Assembly: GCF_036321535.1 (NCBI RefSeq)
Contig: NC_087436.1
Location: 42,224,001-42,288,000 of the forward strand
Direction: 5' to 3'
Source: Camelus dromedarius
Taxonomy: Eukaryota
Length of the DNA stretch: 64,000 nucleotides
Each line of letters opens with the position of its first letter. The first letter of the stretch is position 1. The notes under the pieces are model-generated. The model saw nothing but the letters and a program-made list of their open reading frames with translations, did no database searches and was not told the origin of the DNA. This document shows positions 25,314 to 37,675 of this stretch, in pieces. The translations under genes and the position numbers were made by a program.

Positions 25314-26329
25314 ATTTATGTTTTATCCTCCTTTCCCTCATTATAGAGAATATTATAAAAATACTCTTGCCTTTTTAGTACAGTTTAAGAGTGCACCAAG
25401 TGTAAAGGGTTATTGTCATTGTTTCTCATCTGTATATGGATGCAGTCTTCTATTTAATGCCCATCTTGTGCAATGTACTCTTCTCCCAGGGAACACCAGA
25501 CAGCTTTGAAATCATTGTCTCACTAATCATTTGTAGAATCCTTGGAGCCTGATAATAAATATCACATGTATTTTATAAAGAAATAATAGTCTAGCACAAG
25601 GTATGATTTATTAGCTCAGAGAATATCATTAAAGGCAGGTCTGCAACTGAACTAAGAGACTGAGGTTTTTCTGGCAATGATAACTATACAACAAATATAT
25701 GAAAACTAGATACAAAATTTATCTTTTATAATCAAGTTCACATGTCGATGGTCATGGCAATAGTTCTCTGATTTCTGTAACACGATGGATGTGCAATCAA
25801 AACCAGGGACCAAGAAGGAAAAAAAATATGATGCAACAGCCTTGGAAGCATTGCTCCATTACTACTGTATGTAGGAGTACATAGCTATTCATATGTCTAT
25901 TACAGAATGTGAAAACATATATATAATAGAGATATATACTCTGGATTACTAGAACACAGTTCACTTCCTTCCCCACTTTATAATCTGTTCCAAAATGTCA
26001 AGGTGCTCAGCTGATAATCCAAGGCTTCAATGGATGATGGATACTGATCTCACCAGACAGACCCTGAGCCATAACAGTACAAAACTATAGAACTGTACTT
26101 CCCAACAAATATATAGAGAGCTTTATCTACTCAGTATTCCACTGAATTCTCTAGAAGGATGGGAAAAAAAATATGATGTTGTCCTAAACCTTTCAAGAAA
26201 CAGGACTAAACATTCTCACTGTGCCATCTGAAGATCTTCTTAATATGTTCCTTGAACACTTTTCTGTTGTTGCTAGTGGTGTGAAACCTTTTGCTTTTAA
26301 ATTCTTTATTTTTAATTTTATAAAGTATG

Positions 26330-26572
26330 TGGAGTGCCTCTGTTCCTGCAAACTTTGCCTGGCTAGTCTGCTCAGGTCTCAAGCTTCTCTTCCTTGGAAA
26401 ATATCCTCTGAGCCCTTGTTGAGGTTGGTTACCCAACTCTGTTCTTTCACTACCGTGACCTTTATACTACTTTACTGTAATTGTTTAGTTGTCTCTCTCT
26501 CCTGGTGAACTCTGAGATCTACAGTGACAGGGACACTGCACATAATGGGGAAATTATGAATTAATGAGTGAC
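26330..26572 (+). mobile_element. L2 3' fragment
   Basis: 'ctgtaattgtttagttgtctctctc...tgaactctgagatc...gacagggac...gaattaatgagtga'. Confidence 0.6.
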
Positions 26573-26770
26573 AGTAGATACACTTTATCAGAATCTTATT
26601 GCTTGAAATATGCATATTAATTTCCAGGTATGTTACCCCGCAAATCCAAGACTTCCCAGGTATTGGAGACTCGTAAGTTGAAAACTACTAATCTGTAACG
26701 TAAGTCTGAAGTTTTTAGTTAAAAAATACCAAGGTACTATCTTACTAAATAATGCAAATAAAATTTATAT

Positions 26771-26998
26771 TAGCTAACGTTTGTCACACACTCTGCCTGG
26801 ATGATAAGCAGTTTACCTCGTTATTGAATTTACTCCTCACAACTCTAAGATGTTAACATGGTTCCTATTTTATACCCAGGGCAAATTAACGTTATCAAGC
26901 CTAAGTAACCAAAGATCATATAGCTATTAAGTGATGGGGTCAGGAACCAAATTTGGGCAGCCTACCAGGCCTAATCCTCTTATCTACCACGCAATGCT
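26771..26998 (-). mobile_element. MIR SINE
   Basis: 'tagctaacgttt', 'tttactcctcacaactcta', 'cctattttatac', 'aagatcatatagctattaagtg'. Confidence 0.7.
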
Positions 26999-27013
26999 CA
27001 TCACTATGCTCCC

Positions 27014-27573
27014 TGCACCAGTTTTTATCTTATCTCTCGGCCTTTCTCCCCTGTGCTTTGTGATTCTCAGGCTGAGAAGCCAGGTTTTTGTTTCTGCAGC
27101 TGGGTCTGTGTTAGTTTCTGCCAAGAGTGGGCATGTGAGGGGGTGTGAGGCTGGAGAAGGAGGAGGAAGGGGCACACTCTTTCCTGACTGTTTCCTGGGG
27201 GATTCCTGTAGGCTTCTTGTCTGCTTATGCGTGCTATGGACATTAGCCCTGCAGGTTTCTCACTCCCACAGCAGAATTCCTGTCTCCAGCTGCATGAGAA
27301 TCCACTCTGCAACTGATGCTTGTAGAACCAGCGTCATTAAGCCCCTCTCCTCAGAGGTCCAGGTCCCTTGACCTTGGGGCCCTTTCCCTAAGGTTCTAAA
27401 TTTCAGTAACTCCATCTCTTTGTTCCCCTAGTATCAGAGATGAGGGCCGCTTCCAGCACTTGCAACCTCTGAGAAATCTAGAATTCGACTTCATTTAACC
27501 TAAATAACAACTTTATACTAAGGTAACATTCAGGCTACTGGTGCTCTCTGTCCCGACAGGACCTTGACCCATA
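27014..27573 (+). mobile_element. ERVL solo LTR (LTR33-like)
   Basis: 'ttagtttctgccaa...gggcatgtgagggggtgtgaggctggagaagg' and 3' 'tactggtgctctctgtcccgacaggaccttgaccc'. Confidence 0.7.
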
Positions 27574-28914
27574 AAAGGTCATATGTACAGCTATTAAGTG
27601 TTAGTCAGGAACTAGAGTTGGGCCAGTCACTGCTCTTATCTGATGTGAAATACTATTAACACGACGCTAACCAGTATGAAATTGCATTAACTTGTCCTTA
27701 TTTTCTAAATAATCATAAAATACCAGTAAAGAAATTTAAAAACGGATTAAGTGTAAAACTTAGAAATTGTCAAATTTAAATCTGCTGTTGGTCATGCAAT
27801 CACAAAGACTTCTTTAGATAATCTTTACACTTCTCATATAGGCCATATAGAGATATATATTTCACTAGCCTGATAACCATCTGTATCTGTAGATATATAA
27901 ACATAGATATGCATGTAGATAGAAAGCTATATTATATAGCTAGTATTAATTACAAAGCTAATATAAAGCGAGGGAATACCAACTCGTCCGGCTCTTAATG
28001 TGGGCTTTGAGATGTTTGATGAGGGAGTTAAGAATCATCACTTCTCACATCTAAAACAGTTAATTAGAACGTCTGTACCAATTATCCAGAATAAATGCTG
28101 TAAGGGAATCTCTGAGTTTCTATTTCCATGTGTAACGTCACTGGATTGTCACTGCTGCTGCTGCTGCAGTTTTCCACACCATTCCAGTTATAAGTAAAAT
28201 TTTTAAAAAGTTTTCGTATTTGGAGAATTTTTAGCAAGTGATATACATGGCCTTTATTTGATTGCAAATAAGCAAACATTTTAATCACTTATATGCTGGG
28301 TGCAGGGCCAAGCGCTAGTTACACAACGACAAGACAGAATATGCAGTTCCTGTATTGTCCCGCAGGGGAGATGGGAGTTAAACAAGTGAATATTTTATAA
28401 AAAGTATTTAACTTTAAGTCACTAATTTCTGCGTTTTTTTCCCAGTGGCTCTTTGGTAAAAATAAGAAAATACCTCAAGGTACAACTGGATGATAATGGT
28501 GAATATTTTAAGTGTTTTTTTCTAGAAAATGAATTCATTATCTCCATCAAGTTCAAGTTCCACAGAAACCTCAGCAAGATCAAGGAGCTACAAAGTGACT
28601 ATGTCTTGATAACCCTGCTTTCCCTAATTTTAGGCCACGTCCCCAAATTTAAATGTCTATACACAATCAAGTATATTTGTGGAGTGGGTGGGTACAATTT
28701 CATTGACTCGTGAGTCCTATTTACCTTTCATAGGTACAGTTCTCACAACCCACACACTGAAGACTTTCAAAGGCTATCTTTGGTATTACTGCAGAGTGGC
28801 TTCATTTCGCTCTATGAAAAGGTGCTGTGACTGGACGAAAGGAGAGAAGGATATTAACATCTGCCCCTTGGGCTCCCACCATTCATTGTCTCTGCTCTCC
28901 ATGCCAGGCTAGTT

Positions 28915-29050
28915 TTAACGCTGTAGTTACATTGTACCCAGGTATCACCCAGGAAGATTGTCAGAAATGCAAATGTCTGCACTTCACCTTCAGAGATTCC
29001 CATTCCTTAGGTCTGGGGTGGGGCTCACTGCACTTTCAAGAGCATCTACT
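28915..29050 (+). mobile_element. MER5A-like fragment
   Basis: 'tatcacccaggaag...gaaatgcaaatgtctg...cagagattcccattccttaggtctggggtgggg'. Confidence 0.6.
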
Positions 29051-29322
29051 GGTTAGGAAGCCTAATGCAACAAAATCATTGTGTTGAAGGTCAGCCAGGT
29101 GCACCGGAGTGACAGTGAACCAGAAGACAGGTGTGATATGGGGCCGGGATCCTGAACATTATGTAAATTAACCCCACAAGCGTTCTGAAGACATCTTGGG
29201 AAGATGATCACTGTCACTGAAGATGACCATCTGAAGATCATCTGAAGTTCTACAAACTTGCCTGATGATTAGGGAACTTTGGGTAAATTTGAAGCAGATC
29301 ATCCCTTGCTTTGTCCCCTAGG

Positions 29323-29930
29323 GCAGTGATTTCCAACTTCTCCTGCCCCATAGAATCACCCGGGGGCACATTTAAAAACCCAAATATCCAGGCCACACCA
29401 CAAAATCTCCAAGGCTCAGCCCAGGCATGAGTATTTTTTTATATTTATTTGTGAAATACAATTGACATATAACATTATATGAGTTTCAGGTATACAACAT
29501 AATGATTTGGTATTTGTATATACTATGAAATGATCACCACAATAAGCCCTGTTAACTGCTAGCACCACACATAGTCAACAAACGATGTTTATCTTGTGAG
29601 GAGAACTTTTAAGATTTACTCTCTCAGCAACTTTTAAATATCAACATGGTACTATTAGCTATCATCACCATGCTGTGCATTACATCCCCATGTCTTATTT
29701 ATTATATAACTGGAAGTTTGTACCTTCTGACCTGTTTCACTCATTTTGCCCCACCCACCCCTTGGGGAACCACCAATCTGTTCTTTATGAGTTCTTGTTT
29801 GTTTGTTTGTTTCTTGGATTCCACATATAAATGAGGTCATATGGCATTTGCCTTTCTCTCTGTGACTTATTTCACGGGCATGAGTATTTTTTAAAGCTTC
29901 TTAGTGATTTCAATGTGCAACCAAGGTGTG
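29323..29930 (+). mobile_element. MER5-family element interrupted by an L1
   Basis: Starts 'cagtgatttccaactt...tagaatcacc' and resumes after the L1 with 'aaagcttcttagtgatttcaatgtgcaaccaagg'. Confidence 0.75.
29440..29876 (-). mobile_element. 5'-truncated L1 3' UTR fragment (L1MA-like) nested in MER5
   Basis: Antisense L1 3' UTR ('aattgacatataacattat', 'gattccacatataaatgaggtcat'). TSD GGCATGAGTATTTTTT at 29424-29439 and 29877-29892. Confidence 0.92.
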
Positions 29931-32080
29931 AGTGACTAGAAAATGACGCCCGAAGTGAGGGGTGGTGATCAGGAATCAGTAGTTTTAGCACAAGCTACAG
30001 ATGATTCTTATGAATACAAAGTTTGGAAGTTATTAAATCTGATATACAAGGATATGTTTCAAGTTATTTATAAGAAATAACCATCCACATTTGACTAACA
30101 TCATAATATACAGTTCATAATATACACAAGGTTTCTCTTATTTAGGATCGATGATTCTGACATTTCTTAGTTCAAACTGCCTACTTTTAGTTGTCACTGA
30201 CAATTGCATTAAATACACACACTGTAGCATTTTACCCTATATTGTGAAATAAGGACTAGACACACACAGATGACAAGTTATTATCTTAAGATTTACTGCT
30301 TCTTGACTAATGTGAAATATTATTTCCCTGAAAGGTGATTTTTAGGGTGTGGGGTTAAAATTGCTTTTCCTGGTTTAAACTTAGCATTCATCTCCATCAA
30401 GCCCTTTAAAAGACAAAGTGAAACAAGTTGTTCCCAAGAAGAAAAGATTCCACCCCACCTTCCAAAAACAGAAACTGAAACTCAATGTATGTGCCACTTA
30501 GTACACCAGAAAAAAAGTTATGTCTTAAACTGTACCCAAGAGGGCAGACAGTTACTTATTAAAATACCTCAGTGAGACCCCACAGTGTGGACACCAGGGT
30601 AGCAGTCGTCTCACAGAATCCTAAGACCCTAAATCTGAACTGGACAACAGAGACCTCTGGTCTAGTCCAACCACCATGTTTGAAAAAAAGGAAAATGATG
30701 AACAAAGCAATGAACTGATTTGCTTCAACTCAACACAATGAGTTAGTGCCTGGTTTCCATGCCTCCTGACTCGCAGTGCAGGACTTTTAAACACCCCCCA
30801 CCATCCCCACACATACTGTTTTTCTTCTCTTCTAACCTACTCACCTTTAGGTTAGCTGTTATTAAACACTCTAAACTCCAGTTATGTAGGAAGATCTAAC
30901 ACTCCTCCTCATTCACCTCTGAGGGGTTAAAAAAAATTAGACAGACAATTCCCTGATTTCCATCCCAGCTCCACCTTCCTGAGGGGAGGAGGGATTTTGT
31001 CCTTATTTAGTCTGGATCGAAAGTGCCATGGTGTCAGTGCACGATGGGTACTTCTACTCTGCAAGGCTAATTTTATTGAAATGAGGGCATAATGAGCAAA
31101 AGGTTACATTTGGACACCAGAGATTCTTGCCTTCTCTCATCTTTCTTTGTCTGCCTCCAGGATACTTACCCCAAAATGTGTGATTTCTTATCAGTTCAGA
31201 GGTTCCTGCTTTTCCTTTGTCTGCTCAAGGACCCTAGTTCACAAAATGTGTGATTCCTGCCATTTGGCCCATGTCCCCGTTTCTCTGCTTATATCTAGCT
31301 ATCTGCCTGCCCTAACATTAAGACATCATGAACAGTGTGTGTGTTCATGGGAATGGCCTGTTTTTCATCTAGGCCAGAATTTCTCCACCCGGTATGTATT
31401 CTTTGGCATCCTAGAATTCTCTACAAGAAACTAAGTTAATTTGTGTGCATTCTGTAGCTTTTGGAAGGCAGTCTTTTATCCTAGGACCCACATTTGCATT
31501 TGTGTTCATAGGTGTGTTCTTATCAAATGAAGGTCAAATAATAGCATAGGACGATGTAGGAAGGAAAGTTTTGCAGTAGTTCAAGTAAAGAAAAATGTGA
31601 GGATAATTGAGTCATTACAGAACACACGGTAGGATAGACTCCATGGTAGTAAGACTCCGTTTTTATTATAATTTGATAATTTGTTGATTTGGATCCTTTT
31701 CTGTGCAAAGCAACTTAAAGTAGTATAAATGGTAGCATCATGGCTCATTCCAGGAAAACTTACCTGTAATAATCCTCCACAATGCTCTGTAAACATCTTG
31801 CAGAATTACTTCACCTGTAAGTGAAGTAATAAATATGCCAAAAAATAATTTTTATGTTCTCTATAACAGCAATCATTGGGTTGGATAACATATTGTATTC
31901 CAGTGGATTTCATATTTGCCATAATACTTATCTCTAAGTAAGTAAGACAGTCCTGGGCTATTCTCAAATTACCTCTCATTAAATTAACATTTTATACTGC
32001 TTGAGGGCAGTTTGATTACATATGCAATTTGATTAAACAGGCTTAGAAAATGGTGATGAAATAAAGCTTCCTGATCAAAA

Positions 32081-32310
32081 AGCTCAGGTTCTAGAATTAG
32101 GATGCCTGGATCCAAATCTTAGTTTTCTAGAGTCTAGATCATTTTACTAGACAAGTTACTGACCATCAGTCTCTTAATTTCCTGATCTCTAAAATGATGA
32201 CAGTTTGTACTTCATAGGGTTTTTGTGAAGATTAAATTAATGACACATGAAAGATAGTTATAATAGTGTTTTAGTGTTACACTAATTGCTCAGAAAAAGT
32301 GGTAGTAGTA
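32081..32310 (+). mobile_element. MIR SINE
   Basis: 'gacaagttactgacc...tttcctgatctctaaaatga...ttcatagggtttttgtgaagattaaat'. Confidence 0.75.
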
Positions 32311-32461
32311 ATAGTAGTATTGAAGTTGAAATGTAGAAACATTTTAATTCTAATTTTACATCTTTCTCCCATTTCTGCCTTTAAATCCAGCACTGGTGAT
32401 TTAGGTTCGGTAAAACAGAATTATCTGCTACAGCAAAAATATTCATTTTAAATTCCATTTA

Positions 32462-32630
32462 GCGGGTAGGGTATAGCTCAAGTGGTAGAGCGCATGCTTA
32501 GCATAATGCATGAGGTCCTGGGTTCAATCCCCAGGACTTCCTCTAAAACTAGACAATAAAATCTAGTTACCTCCCAGCTGCAATAAAAAATAAATAAATA
32601 ACAATAATAAATTAATTTAAAATAAATAAA
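32462..32630 (+). mobile_element. tRNA-derived camelid (Vic-1-type) SINE
   Basis: A box 'tagctcaagtgg', B box 'ggttcaatccc', A/T-rich tail. TSD TAAATTCCATTTA at 32449-32461 and 32631-32643. Confidence 0.93.
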
Positions 32631-33728
32631 TAAATTCCATTTAATGGGTAAAGATGGTGCTGCCTTTGGAGTTAGGCAAGCAAGTCAGTTTTGGGCAGGG
32701 CAGTCTGGTCAGGATGTTCCTGGTTGAGTAAGGAGCGTTAGGAAAAGTATTAAAAAACACAAAAGTTAATGTTAGTTATATTTAAATGAGAAACTGGATT
32801 ACACGGTACAAGATAGAATTGAAAAGGTAGCTTGTTTTCATTTATCCATTCATCAGATATTTAGTGAATATTCAGTAAGTTCCTGGAATTACAAATATAA
32901 AAAACAGGGGTACTGCCTGTCTACTAAACCTATAAACATATCATTACAAGTATTCCCAGTGTTTTGGGAACCCAAGCCAGAGGAATGCCAAGTAAGGCTC
33001 CTCAAAAAGGGTGATTTGTTAGCTTAGTCCTGTAGGTTAGAAAGAAATTCTTTTTCATGTGGAAACAGAGGTGGAAAAAGTGAGTCAGGTGTATGAGAAA
33101 GATGACACTGAATTCCTTGGTTTGAGATAGAGATGGTGAAAGGTGCCAACTGGAGCCCGACTTTAGACTTTACCTCATAGGGAATGGGAAGTAGTGATCA
33201 GAACAGAGGAAAATGAACCAAAGAGAGAGATCAACATTTCAATAGGTTATAAAACAAAACAAAAACAACAGATTATAAGATCTTTCTTTAAGACAAAATC
33301 AGTGAGGAAGGTGAATGCATTTTGAAGACTATTCTTTTGAGTGTCTTGGATGTCACAGGGAGAAGGGGATTGGCAAGTAACTTGAAAGGTTAAAAAGAGA
33401 GATTTCTTTCTTGAGAATGAGTTCAAAGGGATAGAGATGGCCCAGGGCTCAAGGAGAAGGAAGTGCTACCAAAAAGGGGAGGTATGTATGAAAGAGAGAG
33501 AGGTGAAGGGAGACAGAGATGGAGGGAGAGTGATTAACCACAGGAAGGAAAGAGAAAAAGAGACATAAAAGAAAGAGTAAATTATCTAACATTTGATCCT
33601 CTCCACACAGGCTCAGCTTCATGAGAGCAGGAGCCCCATTTATCTCATTGTGCACTTAGTAGGAATACAATATATGCTTATCTCAGAGGAGAAAAGAGGG
33701 GGCTGAGTCAAGAATAAGAAAAGGATGG

Positions 33729-34168
33729 TCTAGTAGTCTGCTCAGGTTGCCATAAGAAGGTACCACAGGCTGGGGAACTTAAACAACAGAAATTCACTTA
33801 ATCACAGCTCTGAAGACTACGTCTGAGATAAGGGTGTCAGCATGGTTGGTTTCTGGTGAGGGCTCTCCTCCTGGCTTGCAGGCAGCCACCATCTGGCTAT
33901 GGTCTCACATGGCCTTTCCTTGGAAAGAGACAGAGGCAGAGAGATAGGGGGGTCGGAGGGGAAGAGGGCTTTCTCAGAGGTCCCTCTCTATTGTCTCTTC
34001 TTATGAAAACATTAATTTTATCAGATCAGGGCCTCAGCCTTATGATCTCATTTAACCTTTATTACTTCCATAAAGGCTCTATCTCCAAATACAATCACAT
34101 TGGTGGTTAGGGCTTCAACATATGGATGGAGCTAGGGGAGTGGGTACATAAACATTCAGTCTATAACA
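33729..34168 (-). mobile_element. MaLR solo LTR (MLT1A-like)
   Basis: 'agtctgctcaggttgccataa', 'aaacaacagaaatt', 'tctggtgagggctctc', 'aaacattcagtctataaca'. 5-bp TSD GATGG/GATAG with one mismatch. Confidence 0.88.
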
Positions 34169-35949
34169 GATAGATTAGGCTTTGGGAAAAAAGAGGGTCA
34201 GGAAGGGAAAATGGATAGAGGATTATTGCAAGAAAATAAAAAATAATGAAGTTGCTTCATTCTTTTGGTGTTAAATTTAGGCAAATTAGGGTGGAGGGCT
34301 GAGCTCCAGCTTTAGGCAGTGGAATAAATTCATAGGAGTTCCTGTTAGGGAATTATGAATTTATCTATGCATTGTTTTCTAAATTAACCAGATTAAAAGA
34401 ATCAATTAGAATATTATTTTAAAAGCCAAATTTTGTTGGTGATTCTGTTTCTTTGGGTCTGAGGTTTAAAAATTTTAACAAGTCTTTAGAGAGATTTTTA
34501 TAACTTCCAGGTAGAGGGAGTTAACTAGGAGTGAGTAAAAGGATTGGAAGATAAAGATTGGGCTCAGGTTAAGGGGTGAAAGGAATCTGAGGTGTTGGTG
34601 AGAGTATAGTTGAAACAAGGCGGAACAGGGATAGAAGTGAAGCCAAGAAGGAAGAATAGGCTTGGACCAGGAAGAAAGATTAAGGAGCTATCAGTCTTAA
34701 AAAAGATAATGAGGGTTGCATTTACTGGGAGACGTAAATGAGCAGGTGGTTGTAGTAAAAGATTTCAGAGATCAAGGTCAAAGTAGCATAGTGGATTCTG
34801 AATTTGTGTGAATGCCATGGAAAAATGGCATAATAGTTCTTCTGGCTTTACTTCCTTTTAATTCATGATCTACAATCTGCCAAGGAGCTCTTTTTAAAAT
34901 GAAAGTCAGGTCATTAGTTTCTATGGCATCAAATGGTATCCTAATTCCCTACTGTCTAAGGTAATTCCAAAACCCTTACCATGGCACTTGGGGTCTTTCT
35001 TGCCTGCAAACATTACGTACCATTAGTACCACACTGCCTTTACATCCTTGAAAATACTCCATTCGTTCATGTTATGCCTTTGATTATGTTGTTTTCTCTG
35101 CCAAGTCAACCTGGAAAAATGGCAAATTTGTTTCTGTTTGGGAAGATCTCTACAGGAAGGTTTTGATAAGATACTCCTCCTTCCCATGCCCTACACATGC
35201 CACCTCAGCTTTTCCTTTGCCGGCCTACTTTTGTACCACGCATGTGCTTTTATTGTTGCTCTTAACCCTGTAGGGTAAGGGTCACAAACCAAGTACATGC
35301 AGAAGGTGTGCATTTAACATAAATGCCAGAAATAGGTAGGATGAAAGACAATTCGTGCTAAGATGCTTGTATTGTAACCAAGTATAACACCTACAAGTTA
35401 AAACTGCTCTTTTAAACATTGTTGGTGTAACAAACAAATCAAACAAAACACATCCGAGGCACTTACAGTCTTCTTCTGCTGCACCGGTTGCAGCAGTTAT
35501 GAAATGAGAGGTCCATGTTGAGATGTAGCAAATAAGAAAAGCAATTTAAACTTCAGGTGAAAAGGAATTGTGTGTGTCAATAGAATACGGTATTTTAGGA
35601 TAACAATGCTCTGACAAGCTTCCTGATGTGTATCTCTTACTCAGAGGCTCCAGGAAAACTAATGGCACAGAATCACTACCCAGCAAGGAGATGAAGGAGT
35701 GAACTTTGAACTGAGATGTAGAGACCTACAGAGTCCAGCTGTCACTCTGTTGGCTGTCCCATCATAATGGCCTTTAGAATGTCTGAAAAAGATCATGGGA
35801 TTTTCCCCAAAGTTAAAAATTTTCTGTGATTTATTTCTCAGTGTATGGACTACTTGGAGTCAGCCTAGAAGAGAGATCTTTAAGAGAATGTCTATAGAAG
35901 CAGGTCTTGGAACAGTCCATTCAGCTGCAATAGCAAAAGACAACTGGAA

Positions 35950-37675
35950 TTTTTTTCTCTTCTGATGATTCAAAAATGTCTATCTCTAACCATAATTTCC
36001 CTCATGAGCTTCACAGATAGATATCCAACTTCCCTCTGAACATCTCTTAGGTGACACCATAGGCATTTTGAACTTAATATGCTCAAAACTCAGCCTATTA
36101 TTTCTCCCTTCATCACCAAAAACAAAGAGAGAACATCACTTTACTTCAAGATTCTGCCCAGTGCAGAAACCTATGTGTCATTTTGGAGAACTCCGTTATT
36201 CTCCCCCTCCATATCTAGCCAGTCATCAAGCCTTATCAATTTTTCTTCCTAATTTTCTTTCAAGTCCACTCCCAGAAATATAATCCCACTTGGCTCAGGT
36301 AACTAACAGTCTGACTCCTGCTCTTTGACAATCTTTTTTTTAACTTTATAGTCAAAATGATCTTTCTAAAGTACAAACAGTAGCTTAAAGGTCTTTCTCT
36401 ATCTCCTACTACTCTTAGAAAGGACTCTCATGCGATCAGGAAAGCCCCACTTAATCTGTCTCATGGAACTCTGGTTGATGAAACTCACACTCTTTGCCTC
36501 TCCTCCAGCTACTGTTTAGCAGAATCAGCCCCAGTGTGGCTGTATAGTGAAGTCAGGAGGAACGGCTTACCCATCTCATATCACCTACCACTCAATACAT
36601 ACATGAAGGACACCTGCGGCGTAGCTCGCAGAATTCCGACTGACATACACATTAATTTCTTGCAATGGAAAGTGGGAGACAAAAATGCGACAAGGTCAAG
36701 TTTAGGTTTCACAATGATCTGTTGAATTTTAAACTCCAAGGTGTTTTATAATAAGCATTTCATGTAGCATGCCATTATTATCTAAATAACTTCTCTCTCT
36801 GCTTTTACTCATATTGTTCCCTAGAACGCCTTTTTGTGCCCCTTAACGCCACTGTACTTTTTATGTCTAAATCCTACCCACCTACCCTAGCTCAAATGCC
36901 AACTTGACCAAGAAATATCAGATTTGCCTAGCTCGAAGTGATCTCTCCCAGCCTGCATGAGACCTTAAGTTCTGACGCCAAGTGTATACATCTGAGCTTT
37001 CCTATGGGTTCAATTTCTTGAAGGCTTTGTGGTTGGTAGGTGCTTGCAAATATTTGTTGATTGAATAGGTAAATGAATTACATGATTAGGTAGAGTAGAT
37101 GACCTCAAGTATTCTAGAATACTGAATTAAATCGCTGCACTTTGAAACGTCAGCATTCCTTGTAACTTTCTGCTCCATAGAGAAGCTCATCTTCAAGCTT
37201 ACAGCTGAGAACACTTCTCTGACTTCACAGCTTCCTCCTCCTTCCCGTTTCTTCAGCCATAGTGTTCAACATTCTGTTATTGAACTGGTTAAGTCTGTTC
37301 CTGCCTTGGATGGTTTATACTAGCTATTTCCTGAGCCTGGAATTCCCTTCTCCCCAGTTTTCTCTCTCTACGTGGTGGGAGCTTCAACCTTCAGGTCTAA
37401 GGTCAGACACTCCTTGTTCAGAGAAGCCTGACTCAACTGTCCAAGCTAAGTTAGGCTAATCAATCATACCACGTTTGATTTTTTTTAATAGTATTTATTA
37501 AGTTAGTCTGTCTTGTCTTTTTTTTTCCTGGTTTATTTTTCTGCCTTCATCAGATTGAAACCTCTGTGGGAGAAGAAATCTTGTTTGCCTTTGTTGCTAT
37601 AAGTCCAGCTCCAAGAAGAATGTTTGAAAATGGAAGATGCTCAATATGTAACTGTTGAATGAATGGATGAATAAA
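35950..37675 (+). mobile_element. Cluster of L2 fragments
   Basis: L2 body motifs near 36000-36450 and two L2 tails ('aaatatttgttgattgaat' ~37050; 'ctgttgaatgaatggatgaat' ~37660). Confidence 0.65.

Noticed and set aside
31172..31256. 14-bp direct repeat CAAAATGTGTGATT about 70 bp apart
   Set aside because: Only two copies and the flanks do not extend the match; not an array.
31805..31830. Perfect 10-bp inverted repeat ATTACTTCAC-N6-GTGAAGTAAT
   Set aside because: A stem this short is expected by chance in 64 kb of AT-rich DNA and is too small for a pre-miRNA.
32462..32540. tRNA-like sequences with A and B boxes (also ~23760 and ~52340)
   Set aside because: A-rich tails, TSDs and insertions in the body show these are SINEs rather than tRNA genes.
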